Positions 11,021-23,494 are shown, counted from the first letter of the stretch. The stretch is 64,000 nt of DNA from Podarcis muralis (GCF_964188315.1 NC_135669.1:42408001-42472000); one strand, 5' to 3'. Notes: generated by a model from the sequence alone, not told the origin. Program-made: numbers and translations.

Positions 11021-12669
11021 AAGGAGGAGAAAAATGGGGCCGTTTAGACTCTGATCTCATCTTCTCGTCTGCATGCATCTTTGAGGGCCCAGCCCCACTG
11101 CTGCAGCCAGACTGGTGTCTCGGCTGTTTCCTCTGAGGCAGGCCACGCTTCCAAAGAGCCCTCTGCGGAATAAGTAATTTAAAAAGAAAAAGCGACCGGG
11201 GAAAACGACAGAGAGCAGAAATGATAATGGCAGCAATAAAAAAGCAACGGAAATGCACCATTTGTCGCAAAGCTCTCTTGATGGAAGGCTCAAATTGGTG
11301 GAGGGAAAGAGGGGAGGTTAGCGACCTGTGCTTCAAAGGGGAGTTTCAGTACTGCTGATGTGTTTTCAAGGCCCATTATCCACACAGGAAGCTACCTTGC
11401 CAAGAATCAAGCCACTGATCTATCCGGCAAAGCATTACTCTGCTCTGGGATGGGGAATCTTTTTGTGTCCCGAGGACCACGCTCCCATCTGAGCAGACCT
11501 TCTGGGGTCCACGTGCCAGTGGTGGGCAGAGCAGTGAATGCCACTGTCATCTTTGTAAAGATGGCTAGTTTCTGCAACCACCTCCACCTCCCTCTATGCT
11601 CCGTCCAGGCAAGTAGAGGGCATTATCAGAGGGCAAGGACATATTTCTAGTTTGGGGGGAGGGGGGAGGAAGTTTAAGAGTTAATAGCAGATCTCGTGGG
11701 GTGTGTTGCTTGGGAGAGAAGGGGTGGGGTCTAGGGAGGGAGTCCCAAGGGCCTGACAGAAAGGCCTGAAGGGCTGCATTTGGCCACTGGGCCAAAAGGT
11801 GCCAACCCCAACTTTAAACTCTTAAAAGTGTTCCTGTTGCATTTTGCGATGTGTGTGGTGCTTCTCTGATTTGAGATAAAACAAGTGCAACCCTGTGGAT
11901 GCTGCATTTGATAAATATATCAAAAATAAAAAACTGGCACCTGCTCGTTTAGGACATTTCAGCCAGCCTCCTACACCTAGAACTTGTTTCCGCACGTTGA
12001 CAAGATTCATGGACCCCCTTGAAAACCGTTAAGGGTCTCAGAGCAAGACCTTTTAGCAAAAACCTTTCTCACTTCAATCCTGACATTTACATACACATGG
12101 TGCTGGTTTTGACAATCCGCCACTGAAAAGGGTGCTTTTAAATGTTTAGGGTTAGATTAGTAGATTGCATCACTGGTGCGTTGAGAAAACCACGGGTTTT
12201 CTCCCTGGGATGGAAGAATTTGATTTGGTGTGCGTTTGCTGCAAACCAATCAAAGCTGCACTTTCTGGAATGGTTGAGAACCGAAACACAGCTATACTTC
12301 AAAATTTGCACGTATCCAAATGCCATCCAAACTGGAGGGCTATGGATGCCCCATCCCTGAATTTTTAGACACAGCTTCCCTCCGGGCTGTTGTTTCCACC
12401 TGACTGCTTCCTCCCCCCCATATTGTGGCTCCAAGCCCCATTTTCCCTCCCCATTTGGAGAGACATGAGCGAGTGCAGGTGGCCTGGAGAGAGAGGCAAG
12501 GACGACAACAGCACAAAAATCAGCACAGGCGAGTTTTCTTATTCCTGTTGCACGGAGACATCTTCAGGCTCTACGAAGCAGAAATGCTTCTTGTATGCAA
12601 GGGGGGGTTTCCTCTTCGGTATGGGAAACCCCTCCACAAAAGCTACCAAAGGCAAGAGGAATAACAAAC

Positions 12670-12671
<2 letters not shown>

Positions 12672-12703
<32 letters not shown>
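12672..12703. repeat. (GT)n microsatellite
   Basis: Direct reading. Confidence 0.95.
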
Positions 12704-12705
<2 letters not shown>

Positions 12706-13125
12706 CCCCACCTCCCAGATTTAATTCTGAAATGTACTGCTGCACTGGGTTTTGATCCACCCCGAAGATCTGCAAAAGGAAGGAACCTCTCAAAGGCCCA
12801 TGGCTGCCATCACAGGCGCCAACAAAGAGTCTGGCGAGATCTGAAGGCATCACTTCCCTGTCCCTATAACAGAATAGCAGATGACTGCAAAAACAGAGGG
12901 ATAAATATCTGGTTCCTTTTTGCAATGGAAACACAGAACTGCCTGTATATAACTTGGAGGGGAGGGGGTACAGAATGGGCAACAAAAGTCTTCCCCAAAA
13001 AACTTTCAGTGGTGTCTGAGGCCTGCATTAACCCTCTACTGCCAGGGATGTGTGGGGAGCAGATAGCTCCAGGAAGGATCTGATTTTTGGGTAGACAGAT
13101 GGGATCGTTCTGAATCCACTGCATT

Positions 13126-13131
13126 TTTATT
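13126..13131 (-). terminator. Candidate SHPK polyadenylation signal AATAAA
   Basis: tttatt on the + strand, about 120 nt past the SHPK stop. Confidence 0.55.
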
Positions 13132-13250
13132 CCGGGGCAGGGGGTGCCTACTCTCTCGCCTTCCCTTTCTCCCTCTGCCCTGCAACATTTGGCCCTCTAT
13201 GTGTTCACGAACCCTCTTTCCAGAGGAAGCGCTTTCTTGCGGCCCCAAGG

Positions 13251-13645
13251 TCACTTCCTGCGCAGCATGGCCAAGGCGGCGCCCACGGCTGCATCCACAT
13301 TTCTCCCATAGACCACGGGAAACGGGTAGGCCTTCTCCACTTCCTGACGCATCACCTCGTTCTTGCCCAGGGCGCTCCCGCTGGCCAGGATCCGCGTGAC
13401 CCCGGCTTCCTTCAGGTGCTGCGAAGGCAGCATGGAGTGCAGGTTCTGGACCACGCCGTGGCACAGCGCCCGGGTCACGTGGCCCAGGGAGAGGTCGGAG
13501 GCCGCAATGCCCATCACCGAGGCCAACCTTTCTGGCATGTGCCTCTCCCCGAAGATGGTGGGGCAGATGTTGAGGTCGGTGTCCGTTTGGGCCAAGGCAG
13601 CGCTGATTATACGCGCGTAGAGATCTGATTCTGGGACTTGGAGTC
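13251..13645 (-). CDS. SHPK: SHPK last coding exon (..GERHMP..SGSAL..DAAVGAALAMLRRK*)
   Basis: C-terminal FGGY motifs; spliced CDS totals 1398 bp = 465 aa plus stop. Confidence 0.96.
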
Positions 13646-13740
13646 CTGCAGAAGGAGATTAAAAGGGTTGGGAGAGGAAGACTGATCAAATGACTAAAAG
13701 GCACTCCCACTCCAAAAGAATGGGAGTGCCTAAATGAATA

Positions 13741-14045
13741 CAGTGGTGCCTCGTAAGACGAAATTAATCCGTTCCGCGAGTCTCTTCGTCTTGCGGTTTT
13801 TTCGTCTTGCGAAGCACGGCTATTAACGGCTTAGCGGCTTAGTGGCTATTAACGGCTTAGCGGCTATTAACGGCTTAGCGGCTTTAAGAAAAAGGAAACA
13901 AACTTGCAAGAACTCGCAAGATGTTTTGTCTTGCGAAGCAAGCCCATAGGGAAATTTGTCTTGCGGAACGACTCAAAAAACAGAAAACCCTTTCGTCTAG
14001 CGAGTTTTTCGTCTTGCGAGGCATTCGTCTTGCGGGGCACCACTG
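13741..14045. mobile_element. Tigger-like MITE (gcaagacg family)
   Basis: cagtggtgcc TIRs; TA TSD; internal short tandem ttaacggcttagcggc. Confidence 0.85.
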
Positions 14046-14434
14046 TACCTCAAAAGTCAAGGTTCGAGGACAGAAATCTGGCTGAGTCTGGAATAACCTT
14101 GTGAAGCGAAAGGATATGAAAGAGGGATTTACATCTAGATGTTAGGATAGAGATGATAAAGAAAACAGGAAGACACAATGAGAGATAAAGGAGGTGCTGT
14201 GGGATTGGTGGAAGTCAATGTCTTGTTCTCGTTGTTTTAGTGTCTATAATATTAACTTGTAAGATATGGATTCGGTTTTTTTGTTTTTGTTTTTTTGTTG
14301 TTCCTTCCTTTTTTCGATATCTTTCGTGTTGTTGTGTGGAAAATACTATTAAAATTTATATTAAAATTAAACCAAACCCAAATAACTGAAAGGAAGAAGG
14401 AGAAAGGAGGTCCCCGTCTTATCCCTTCCTTTAC

Positions 14435-14635
14435 CCAGCTCAGCCATCCACCGCACGAGCATGTTCACGAACGTCGCCACCACGTTGCCGCCGTTGAGGG
14501 AAGCAGCCACCACCAGGTAGGTGTTGTTGAAGTACGGGTAGTAGGCCAACGGGGAACGAGGGTTCGGGGAATCAGCCGGCTGGAAGCCCGAAGGCATCAG
14601 GAGGGTGAGTTGCGCAGAAGTACTGATGTTGAGGA
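14435..14635 (-). CDS. SHPK: SHPK coding exon 6 (VLNISTSAQL...AASLNGGNVVATFVNMLVRWMAELG)
   Basis: LNISTSAQL and ASLNGGN motifs; 201 bp. Confidence 0.96.
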
Positions 14636-14766
14636 CTAGGAGGATGGAGAGGAAAGCAAGAGTTGGAAAACACCCGGTGGGCTCAAATTCTGCTTAAAGA
14701 GGCATGTAACACTGGCCTTCAATGGGTGAGGCTGGACCCACAAGGGAGCTTCAACAGGGGTCTTGC

Positions 14767-14813
<47 letters not shown>

Positions 14814-15135
14814 TTATTATTTGTACCCCGCCCATCTGGCTGGGTTTCCCCAGCCACTCTGGGCGGCTTCCAACAAAGATGAAAGATACACTAAAATGTC
14901 ACAGATTAAAAACTTCCCTGAACAGGCCTGCCTTCAGATGTCTTCTGAATGTCAGGTAGTTGTTTATCGCTTTGACATCTGATGGGAGGGTGTTCCACAG
15001 GGCGGGTGCCACTACCGAGAAGGCCCTTTGACTGTTTCCCTGTAACTTGGCTTCTCGAAGCGAGGGAACTGCCAGAAGGCCCTCGGAGCTGGACCTCAGT
15101 GTCCGGGCAGAACGATGGGGGAGGAGACGCTCCTT
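14767..15135 (-). mobile_element. L2-clade LINE 3' fragment
   Basis: RAFSVVAPALWNTLP..FRRHLKA; (ATT)n tail. Confidence 0.85.
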
Positions 15136-15244
15136 CAGATATTGCATGGCCTCAGAAACTCCCTAGAGGGAGGGGAACCTCCATCAGGCACTTCCTGCCC
15201 CTGAACTGGGCCAGCTCATCATTATAGCATCTACTGCTACTGTT

Positions 15245-15484
15245 GCCAGTGTGGTGTAGTGGTTAAGTGCAGTGGACTCGTAATCTGGTGAACCGGGTTC
15301 GCTTCCCCGCTCCTCCACATGCAGCTGCTGGGTGACCTTGGGCCAGTCACACTTCTCTGAAGTCTCTCAGCCCCACAGAGTGTTTGTTGTGGGGGAGGAA
15401 GGGAAAGGAGAATGTTAGCCGCTTTGAGACTCCTTCGGGTAGTGATAAAGCGAGATATCAAATCCAAACTCTCCTTCTTTTTCT
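15245..15484 (+). mobile_element. Squam3-like tRNA-derived SINE
   Basis: gccagtgtggtgtagtggttaag head with A/B boxes; ...gatatcaaatccaaactc(ttc)n tail; family name recalled. Confidence 0.75.
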
Positions 15485-15669
15485 ACTGTATAGAAATGGG
15501 TACCTGTGTTTTTATTCTCCTCCTCCTTCCCTCTCCCTTTTTGCTTGCATCTCATATTTTTTTTAAGATTGTAAGTTTGAGAGTAGGGACTGTCTTGTTT
15601 TGACTGTATGTAAGCTGCTCTGAGAGCCTTTTCTGCTAAAGAGCAGGTACAGCTGCTCCAAATAAATTG

Positions 15670-15895
15670 CAGTGGTACCTCGGGTTAAGAACTTAATTTG
15701 TTCCGGAGGTCTATTCTTAACCTGAAACTGGTCTTAACCTGAGGTACCACTTTAGCTAATGGGGCCTCCTGCTGCCGCTGCGCGACTGGAGCACGATTTC
15801 TGTTCTCATCCTGAAGCAAAGTTCTTAACCCGGGGTACTATTTCTGGGTTAGTGGAGTCTGTAACCTGAAGTGTCTGTAACCCGAGGTACCACTG
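15670..15895. mobile_element. Tigger-like MITE (cagtggtacctc family)
   Basis: TIRs cagtggtacctc / gaggtaccactg. Confidence 0.85.
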
Positions 15896-15925
15896 TATTT
15901 CCAGAAGGCTGCCTTGTGCCCCTAC

Positions 15926-16101
15926 CTGCACTTGTGCTGTCGGACATGCAGGAGAACACTGAGCACTGGAAGTCCCCCAATGCAGCCCCGACTTCCGTCC
16001 CCTTTGGTATCTGATGCCACACGCAGGCGGTCTCCCCGGCCAGTTCTCCCGGCTGGACCACTTCAGGAAGCAGGTGGGTGGGGAAGTGGGACTCTTTCAG
16101 G
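15926..16101 (-). CDS. SHPK: SHPK coding exon 5 (LKESHFPTHLLPE...ALGDFQCSVFSC)
   Basis: ALGDxQ FGGY motif; 176 bp. Confidence 0.96.
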
Positions 16102-16478
16102 CTGAAACCAGAGGCAGAGGTCAATGGGGAGCCGTCCGTGTTGGAAGGAGAAGGGCCCGGCTACTGGACATGCTTGGAGGGGAGGCGGAAGGAGGGATCT
16201 CAGGCTAACACAGCCGTGCAGATTACAGTTGCATCAACTCACTGCTCAAATTATGGGGGAGAAGGTGAAAGGGGAGGCCCTTGGTGGAAGCCAGAAACCA
16301 GGGAAGTTAGGAACCTAGGAAGCAAATGCGGCCCTCCATGCCTCTCTTTCCGGCCCTCAAACCTCTCCCCTGGCAACACCTTCACCAGGCCTGCTTTGTG
16401 TCCTCACTGAGGGTTTTTGCCAAGCTGGGAAATGTCCTTGACCTCTATAAGTGCCTTTTGCTTCCTTGGATGGAGAAT

Positions 16479-16824
16479 AAAGGTAAAGGGACCCCTGACC
16501 ATTAGGTCCAGTTGCGGACGACTCTGGGGTTGCGGCGCTCATCTCGCATTATTGGCCGAGGGAGCCGGCGTACAGCTTCCGGGTCATGTGGCCAGCATGA
16601 CTAAGCCGCTTCTGGTGAACCAGAGCAGCGCACGGAAATGCCATTTACCTTCCCGCTTGAGTGGTATCTATTTATCTACTTGCACATTGACATGCTTTCG
16701 AACTGCTAGGTTGGCAGGAGCAGGGACCGAGCAATGGGAGCTCACCCCGTCGCGGGGATTCGAACCGCCGACCTTCTGATCGGCAAGTCCTAGGCTCTGT
16801 AGTTTAACCCACAGCGCCACCCGC
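16479..16824 (-). mobile_element. Sauria SINE, subfamily B
   Basis: Reverse complement of the consensus; TSD gatggagaata. Confidence 0.9.
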
Positions 16825-17775
16825 TGATGGAGAATAGAAACACTAAAATTTACATTTGTTGCTTCGTCTGCTTTTGCCTCTGGCCAAGCCCACCACTGGC
16901 GATGGGAGTTGGAGGCCAACAAAATCTGGAAGGTCACAGCTTCCCTGCAAAGGGTTCCAGATCAGCTTTCCTTGTCAACAGCAGTGCAAGTCTAGAAACA
17001 CCTGCCCACGTTCCCCAGCGATATGGGGCTGATTATCCTGGCACCTACCTTGCAGGGCTGTTGTTAAGAAAATGTATGGGTGGTACTTTATAAACATGCA
17101 CAGACATGCTGGATAAATTGAGCTACTGCCCTTAAAAAGCAGAGAGCTGTGTGTGAACACATCGCTCCAAGGGTTAAGCCTTCAGAAAGTTTAAAACACA
17201 CACAAGCAATTAGACCCAACAAGCACCCCTTGGACAACCCCTACCCTGTCATGGCCACCGTACACCGCTGTTGCCACACCAGGTTAGCCCCGGAAACACA
17301 CACACACACACACACACAAGCCAAACCCAAGTTGTCCGCAACCTTGAGTCGGATTTAGGAAGCGGATTCTATCTTCCCTGGCAGGGTTGTGCATGTGAGA
17401 ATCTTCCCTTCGGGGAGTCAGCTGGAGGCCTCAGATGCCTGTCCCTGGAAAGAGCAAACCGGGCCACTTCAAATGGCAGCTAACACAGCTTTTCTGGGTG
17501 GAGGGGGAATGATCGTCGGGAATGTAATGTTTTCAGTCCGTCAAGGGGTTGGATTTTTTAAAATGAAAGGCGTTTCTGGTTTGCTAGAAAAGTTGCTCCT
17601 GATTCAGTTACAAAATAAAATAAAATTGAGCAGGTGGGTGGGGAGGGGGGAATCAAAGAAAAGACATTCCCCCTTCTCTCATATCCCGACACACAGAATC
17701 GAAAAATGAAATAATGACACACACACACCCCGCTTTGTAATAGTGGCTCCATCTGAGTCCACAGCGCTAACTTAC

Positions 17776-17928
17776 ATGTCCATATTCCAGCTTTCGCTTG
17801 TGGTGTTGAAGTAGCCCCAGCTGGCTGCGTTCTGGACAGACATCTGTGGCCTTTCCTGGCCACACAGCATGGCCACAACGTAGTCTTGGATGGTGCCGGC
17901 AGCATTGTAACGCTTCAGGAAATCTGGG
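17776..17928 (-). CDS. SHPK: SHPK coding exon 4 (PDFLKRYNAAGTIQDYVVAMLCG...NAASWGYFN)
   Basis: SHPK-specific motifs; 153 bp; canonical splice sites. Confidence 0.96.
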
Positions 17929-18341
17929 CTGTCCAATAAACATACAAACAAACAGTTGATGAACCTGGGCTTCTGCTGGTTAATGCACCTTTTAATTTGT
18001 GACTGACTCTGGGTGGAAAAAACGACTTGTATATAATGAAAGAGAACTCTCTCTCTTCCTCCAAGAAACTCAAAGTATTTCTTTGCCCACCCAAAAAAAA
18101 CCCAAACATTTTTAATCCACAGAACAGCCCTGTGAAGTAGGTTAGGCCAAGAGAGCGTATGTGCAACTGACTCAAGGTCACCCGTGAACTTTCCTGGTCT
18201 GAGTCCCACCGCTGCACCCAATTGCTTCTCCCCCATGACTGAACCCACCAGGAAGGCCACCCCAGCCTCTGGCTGCAAATAAATCATCACAGAATCGCAG
18301 GCGACAAAGCAAGATGCAGAAGCAGGAAGGGGCAGCAGTAC

Positions 18342-18525
18342 CTGTTTTTCAAGTACCAGTAGATTGTGGCGCAGCCGAAGCCCGTGGCCACGCTGAGGTG
18401 CGACTGCGGCTGAGGCAGCGAGGACAGGAAGGGGCTGCTGCAGCGGCCATCTTGCCATGTGATCAGGTGACTGACCTCTTCAGGCTCAAACGTCCGCCCG
18501 TGCCCGCTTTCGATCCACTTGCAAC
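18342..18525 (-). CDS. SHPK: SHPK coding exon 3 (CKWIE...SHLITWQDGRC...ATGFGCATIYWYLKN)
   Basis: ITWQDGRC and TGFGCAT motifs read manually; 184 bp; phases consistent. Confidence 0.95.
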
Positions 18526-18637
18526 CTGGAACGGGAAGAGAGAGCTGGTGAAGGAGGACCTGTTAGCCTCGTGTGGCTCATTCAAAGTGACCCAGACCTT
18601 CCTGAGACGTGTTTATCCATCAGTGTCTCCTCCAAAA

Positions 18638-18890
18638 GAGCCAGTGTGGTGTAGTGGTTAAGAGCGGTAGTCTCGTAATCTGGGGAACCGGGTTCGCGTC
18701 TCCGCTCCTCCACCTGCAGCTGCTGGGTGACCTTGGGCCAGTCACACTTCTCTGAAGTCTCTCAGCCCCAGTCACCTCGCAGGGTGTTTGTTGTGGGGGA
18801 GGAAGGGAAAGGAGAATGTTAGCCGCTTTGAGACTCCTTAAAGGGAGTGAAAGGTGGGATATCAAATCCAAACTCTTCTTCTTCTTCTTC
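18638..18890 (+). mobile_element. Squam3-like tRNA-derived SINE
   Basis: Same family as 15245; (CTT)n tail. Confidence 0.75.
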
Positions 18891-19385
18891 AAAAGCACCG
18901 TGTTGTCTGCACGGACACAAGGACCTTTATTTTCAATGAAGTGGGGGGGGGGACCTGGGGCATTCCATTTGCCCCCAAGTTAGCAGAATGATTCCCTATC
19001 TTCCACCCCAGACAACACTGTCCCAATAAACTCTGCAAATTCCAAGCACTGAGGCTTGCAAAGTCCATTGCTGACTTGCACCCAGCGAGAACCTCCTGGC
19101 GTCTTGAGAGGGATGGGTGGAAAGCAGGGCCATTTTGTTGGCTCTGCAAAGACACCACCTCCTTTGGGCTTCTCCAACCGGCAACAGACAATACATATTC
19201 CATCATGCTGCGGCAGAGGTAGATGAGAAGCAGGGCCCCTCCATTGGCTCAGCTGAGAGACCAGCTCCATTGGGTCCCTCCTCTCTCTGAACGGTTTCCA
19301 TCCCAGCTGGTCATTGCGAGAACTGCATGAACTTTAGAAATGGTATGCTTGTTTTTCTCTACAAACAGAACACCGCTTCCGATTA

Positions 19386-19642
19386 CCGTATTTTTCACTC
19401 TATAAGACTCACTTTTTCCCTCCTAAAAAGTAAGGGGAAATGTGTGTGCGTCTTATGGAGCGAATGCAGGCTGCGCAGCTATCCCAGAAGCCAGAACAGC
19501 AGGAGGGATTGCTGCTTTCACTGCACAGTGATCCCTCTTGCTGTTCTGGCTTCTGAGATTCAAAATATTTTTTTCTTGTTTCCCTCCTCCAAAAACTGAT
19601 GCGTCTTGTGGTCTGGTGCGTCTTATAGAGTGAAAAATACGG
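19386..19642. mobile_element. TcMar (Tc2-like) MITE
   Basis: TIR ccgtatttttcactctataagac / gtcttatagagtgaaaaatacgg; TA TSD. Confidence 0.85.
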
Positions 19643-21897
19643 TATGTTGGAAACCAGGTATCGCCTAGCCCTCACACACATTGTGATTTGTGATATATTG
19701 CCAGCTCAAATATTATGAGAAACAGTTATCACGATGTGAACTTCAAACCGGCTTTGGACAATATATCAATATATCGCCCAGTCCTACTGGCTGGCAGCAG
19801 CTCTCCAGGGTTTCAGGCAGGCTTATTTCCCAGTCCTATCTAGAGACCCCAGGGATCGTACCAGGGACCTTCTACATGCAAAGCAGATGTTCAAATCCTG
19901 AGCTACGGCCCTTCCCTGCGCACAAAACCAACCCACTGGTGTAATGGTGTTAAGGGCAATCCTCTCTTGCGGAACTACATTGCCTTAATTTTCGGAAGAT
20001 GCTTAGCTCTTCAGACATTAGATAAATGAAGATTAAAACCACAGAAAAGCAAGAAAAAAGACCTTTCTTTTGTTTTCCATATAAAAAGTTGCTTTTCAAC
20101 CATGCTGGGTTGTCCCTCCCTTCCCATTTATCTCTTCCTAACATGAAAATGGGTTCTTTGAAAGGACATTAATGGTAATCAGTTAAAAACAAAACAAAAA
20201 AGATAAAAATCATCATTTACAGCAAAGAAGATGTGATTTCGGCTAATCCACTCAGGACAAGGGAGAAAGAGAGATTGCATCCATTTACATCTGGGCAGAG
20301 ATCAAAACCAAACACTCATGGCTTTGGAGAAAGGTAAAAATTAAGCATTTCCACTCAGAAGCACACGCAAATAGTGACCTCCAGATTTTATTTTATCTTA
20401 CGCCCGCCACCCACAGGAAATCTGGAAAACGGAGCAAGTTTGTCTGTCAACCTAATAGCCATTTCTGATTGCTTTAGCATTCCAGGAATAAAATCGCTTG
20501 GGAACCCTGCTAGGCTATTAAAGACCACATTCATCTCTGACAAGAAGCAGCTAATTCTTTCAGGAAATCAGTCCCCACGACCCGATCTGCAATGCCTTTC
20601 TGATGGGAGAGAGACTTTCTGCAGGCAATGGCTTCTCCACCCGCCTTGCAACCTCCAGTCCCAGACCGTGGCTTTGCGAACAGCACAAGCAGCTGGGAAG
20701 AGAGGAGTTCAGGGATAGTTTTTGAAAATAATTTTATAACTTGTGTGTCGTTGTTTCTCAGTTTGGTCCTTTTACATGGTTTTGTACATTTTCTGGTATT
20801 TTGTGCATTGTGATTTGCTGTTATTTTATTGCTACTATTTTATTGATTATTATTGTTTTTATTGATTTATTAGTAATTCTTTATTGTAATTGATAGGTGT
20901 AAACTGTTTATTATTTGCTGGCGCTTAATTGTACTGTTTACTACTGGATTCTAATGGATTCTTGAATATTGCTTTATTTGACAAAAGTTCTTGTGACTTT
21001 TTATATAGGATCTGATTATTACTATTAATGTTTGATGGTGATGATGATGATTATGTGTGTTGGAAGCTGCCCAGAGTGGCTGGAGCAACCCAGACAGATG
21101 GATGGGGTATTAATTAATTAATAATAATAATAATAATAATAATAGTTCCTCTAGGTAATATTTATCATTCTGAGGGCCACGTGCCCTTCTGGGATGCTTT
21201 CCGGGGGCCAGATACCAGTGCTGGGAGGGGCCACAGGCAAAAATGGGCGGAGTAGCAGGCTTGCTTGCTTCAAACCTCCCTCTGTCTAGGCATGCAAGAG
21301 ACATTACCAGAGTTCAAGGACGCATTTCAAGCCAGGCAAAAGCACTCAAGGAGGATGCAAAGCAAGACCAGTAAGGTGCTTGGTTGCAAAGGGCATGTGG
21401 CCCAGGGAGAGTCACACGGGCGGAATGAGAGGCCTGACAGGCCACATTTGCCCCCTGGGCACCTGAGGTTCTCATCTCCTGATTTACACTATCATTGCTA
21501 ACAGCCCTTAACCTCCCCTCTGTGAATTTCTCCAGTGCTTTTTAATGCTACCTTGGCCCTGACTTTGAGAAGGAAAAAGAACACGATAGAAAAGAGAACA
21601 TGTACACACACACATTCACACTTGCGAATACAAACAGTGTAAGGAAAGTCCTGAATATCTTTGCTTTTATTTATTTAGACACAATCTTAGCTTCAAGCTG
21701 CCTGGGGGTTGGGTTTTGTTTTTTTCCTGCACCATTTTGTTAGAATCTGGGAACAGGGAGATATTAGGCTTGAAAACGTTAAGTTTTGATTTATTTAATT
21801 TATGTTTGTATTTTTAAATAGGATGCCACCACACAAGTGTTGAGGAAGGAGTGGTGCTGGATTTGGAAAGTAGGATTCTGCAAACCAGCTCTCTCAC

Positions 21898-22039
21898 CTT
21901 GACCTGTTTTCCAAAACACGACTCCGTGCATTTGTCCGGTAACGCCAATGCGGCAAACCCTTCCCAGGAGTTGCTGGGGGAGACCGGCGAGGCAGTCATT
22001 CAAGGCTGCGACAATTTTGCGGACATCTTGCTCGTTCCC
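21898..22039 (-). CDS. SHPK: SHPK coding exon 2 (GNEQDVRKI...IGVTGQMHGVVFWKTGQG)
   Basis: GQMHG FGGY motif; 142 bp; canonical splice sites. Confidence 0.96.
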
Positions 22040-22047
22040 CTGCATGA

Positions 22048-22074
22048 GCAGAGAGAGAGAGAGAGAGAGAGAGA
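22048..22074. repeat. (GA)n microsatellite forming the SHPK exon-2 polypyrimidine tract
   Basis: agagagagagagagagagagagagag directly upstream (on the - strand) of the acceptor at 22040. Confidence 0.9.
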
Positions 22075-22248
22075 GTCCATAGGGAATGAAGCTTGGAAAC
22101 AATCTTACCTGCTTTCTGTGATAGCAAGGCAGCTCCCATCTTGGCATGCCAGATTTATTTTAGAAGAAGTGCTCTATCAGTTGGATCAACGGCTGTTGAA
22201 TGTAGAGGAGCTCTAGCAGGGGGAGAAGCGTGGCAACCTAAGTCCACA

Positions 22249-22351
22249 GCCAGTGTGGTGTAGTGGTTAAGAGCGGTAGTCTCGTAATCTGGGGAACCGG
22301 GTTCGCGTCTCCGCTCCTCCACATGCAGCTAATGAACATTAGGAAGATGCA

Positions 22352-22402
<51 letters not shown>

Positions 22403-22817
22403 GGTTCCTCTAGGAAATATGCAGCTAATGAACATTAGGAAGAACTTCCTGACAGTAAGAGCTGTCCGACAGTGGAATTTGCTGCCAAGGAGTGTGGTGG
22501 AGTCTCCTTCTTTGGAGGTCTTTAAGCAGAGGCTTGACAACCATATGTCAGGAGTGCTCTGATGGTGTTTCCTGCTTGGCAGGGGGTTGGACTCGATGGC
22601 CCTTGTGGTCTCTTCCAACTCTATGATTCTATGATTCTATGATTCTAGCTGCTGGGTGACCTTGGGCTAGTCACACTTCTCTGAAGTCTCTCAGCCCCAC
22701 TCACCTCACAGAGTGTTTGTTGTGGGGGAGGAAGGGAAAGGAGAATGTTAGCCGCTTTGAGACTCCTGAAGGGGAGTGAAAGGCGGGATATCAAATCCAA
22801 ACTCTTCTTCTTCTTCT
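22249..22817 (+). mobile_element. Squam3-like SINE interrupted by a CR1 insertion (22331-22646)
   Basis: SINE sequence resumes after the CR1 tail; agct duplicated at both junctions. Confidence 0.8.
22413..22646 (+). mobile_element. CR1 LINE 3' fragment
   Basis: NIRKNFLTVRAVRQWNLLP..SPSLEVFKQRLD; (ATTCTATG)n tail. Confidence 0.92.
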
Positions 22818-23143
22818 CTGAACCCCAATGGACTTGGGCAGAGCCAAAGCTAAGGGGCAGAGCATCTGCTTTGCATGCAGAAGGTCCCGGGTTCAATCCT
22901 GGCCTCTCCAGCCACGGGTGGGAAGACTCCCTGCCTGAATCCATGGAGAGCCAATATACCAGTCAATGTAGATTATACTGAGCTAGATGGAGCAATGGTC
23001 TGGTTCAGTATAACGCAGCTTCCAATGTTCTTGAGAATGTAACGCTGGATCAAACCAAAGGTCCCTCTGATCCATCTTGCTAGATCGGACCAAAGGTCGA
23101 TTTAGTCTAGCCTGTGTTCCACCACAGCCTACAAGATGCTTTA

Positions 23144-23494
23144 GTAAAGGTCAAGGGACCCCTGACCATTACGTCCAGTTGTGGCCGACTCTGGGGTTGT
23201 GGCGCTCATCTTGCTTTACTGGCCGAGGGAGCCGGCGTACAGCTTCCGGGTCATGTGGCCAGCAGGACTAAGCCGCTTCTGGCGAACCAGAGCAGCGCAC
23301 AGAAACGCCATTTACCTTCCCGCCGGAGCAGTACCTATTTATCTACTTGCACTGGTGTGCTTTCGAACTGCTAGGTTGGCAGGAGCAGGGACCGAGCAAC
23401 GGGAGCTCACCCCATCACGGGAATTTGAACCACCAACCTTCTGATTGGCAAGTCCTAGGCTCTGTGGTTTAACCCACAGCGCCACCCGCATCCC
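23144..23494 (-). mobile_element. Sauria SINE, subfamily B
   Basis: Reverse complement of the consensus; TSD gatgctttag. Confidence 0.9.

Noticed and set aside
14722-14982. Poly-Ile/Leu/Tyr ORFs (also 22238-22618 and 38338-38553)
   Set aside because: Translations of (AAT)n LINE tails and microsatellites
15245-15320. tRNA gene (also the heads at 18638, 22249 and 9560, and the Sauria SINE heads)
   Set aside because: tRNA-derived SINE heads continue into SINE body and tail and lack a complete cloverleaf
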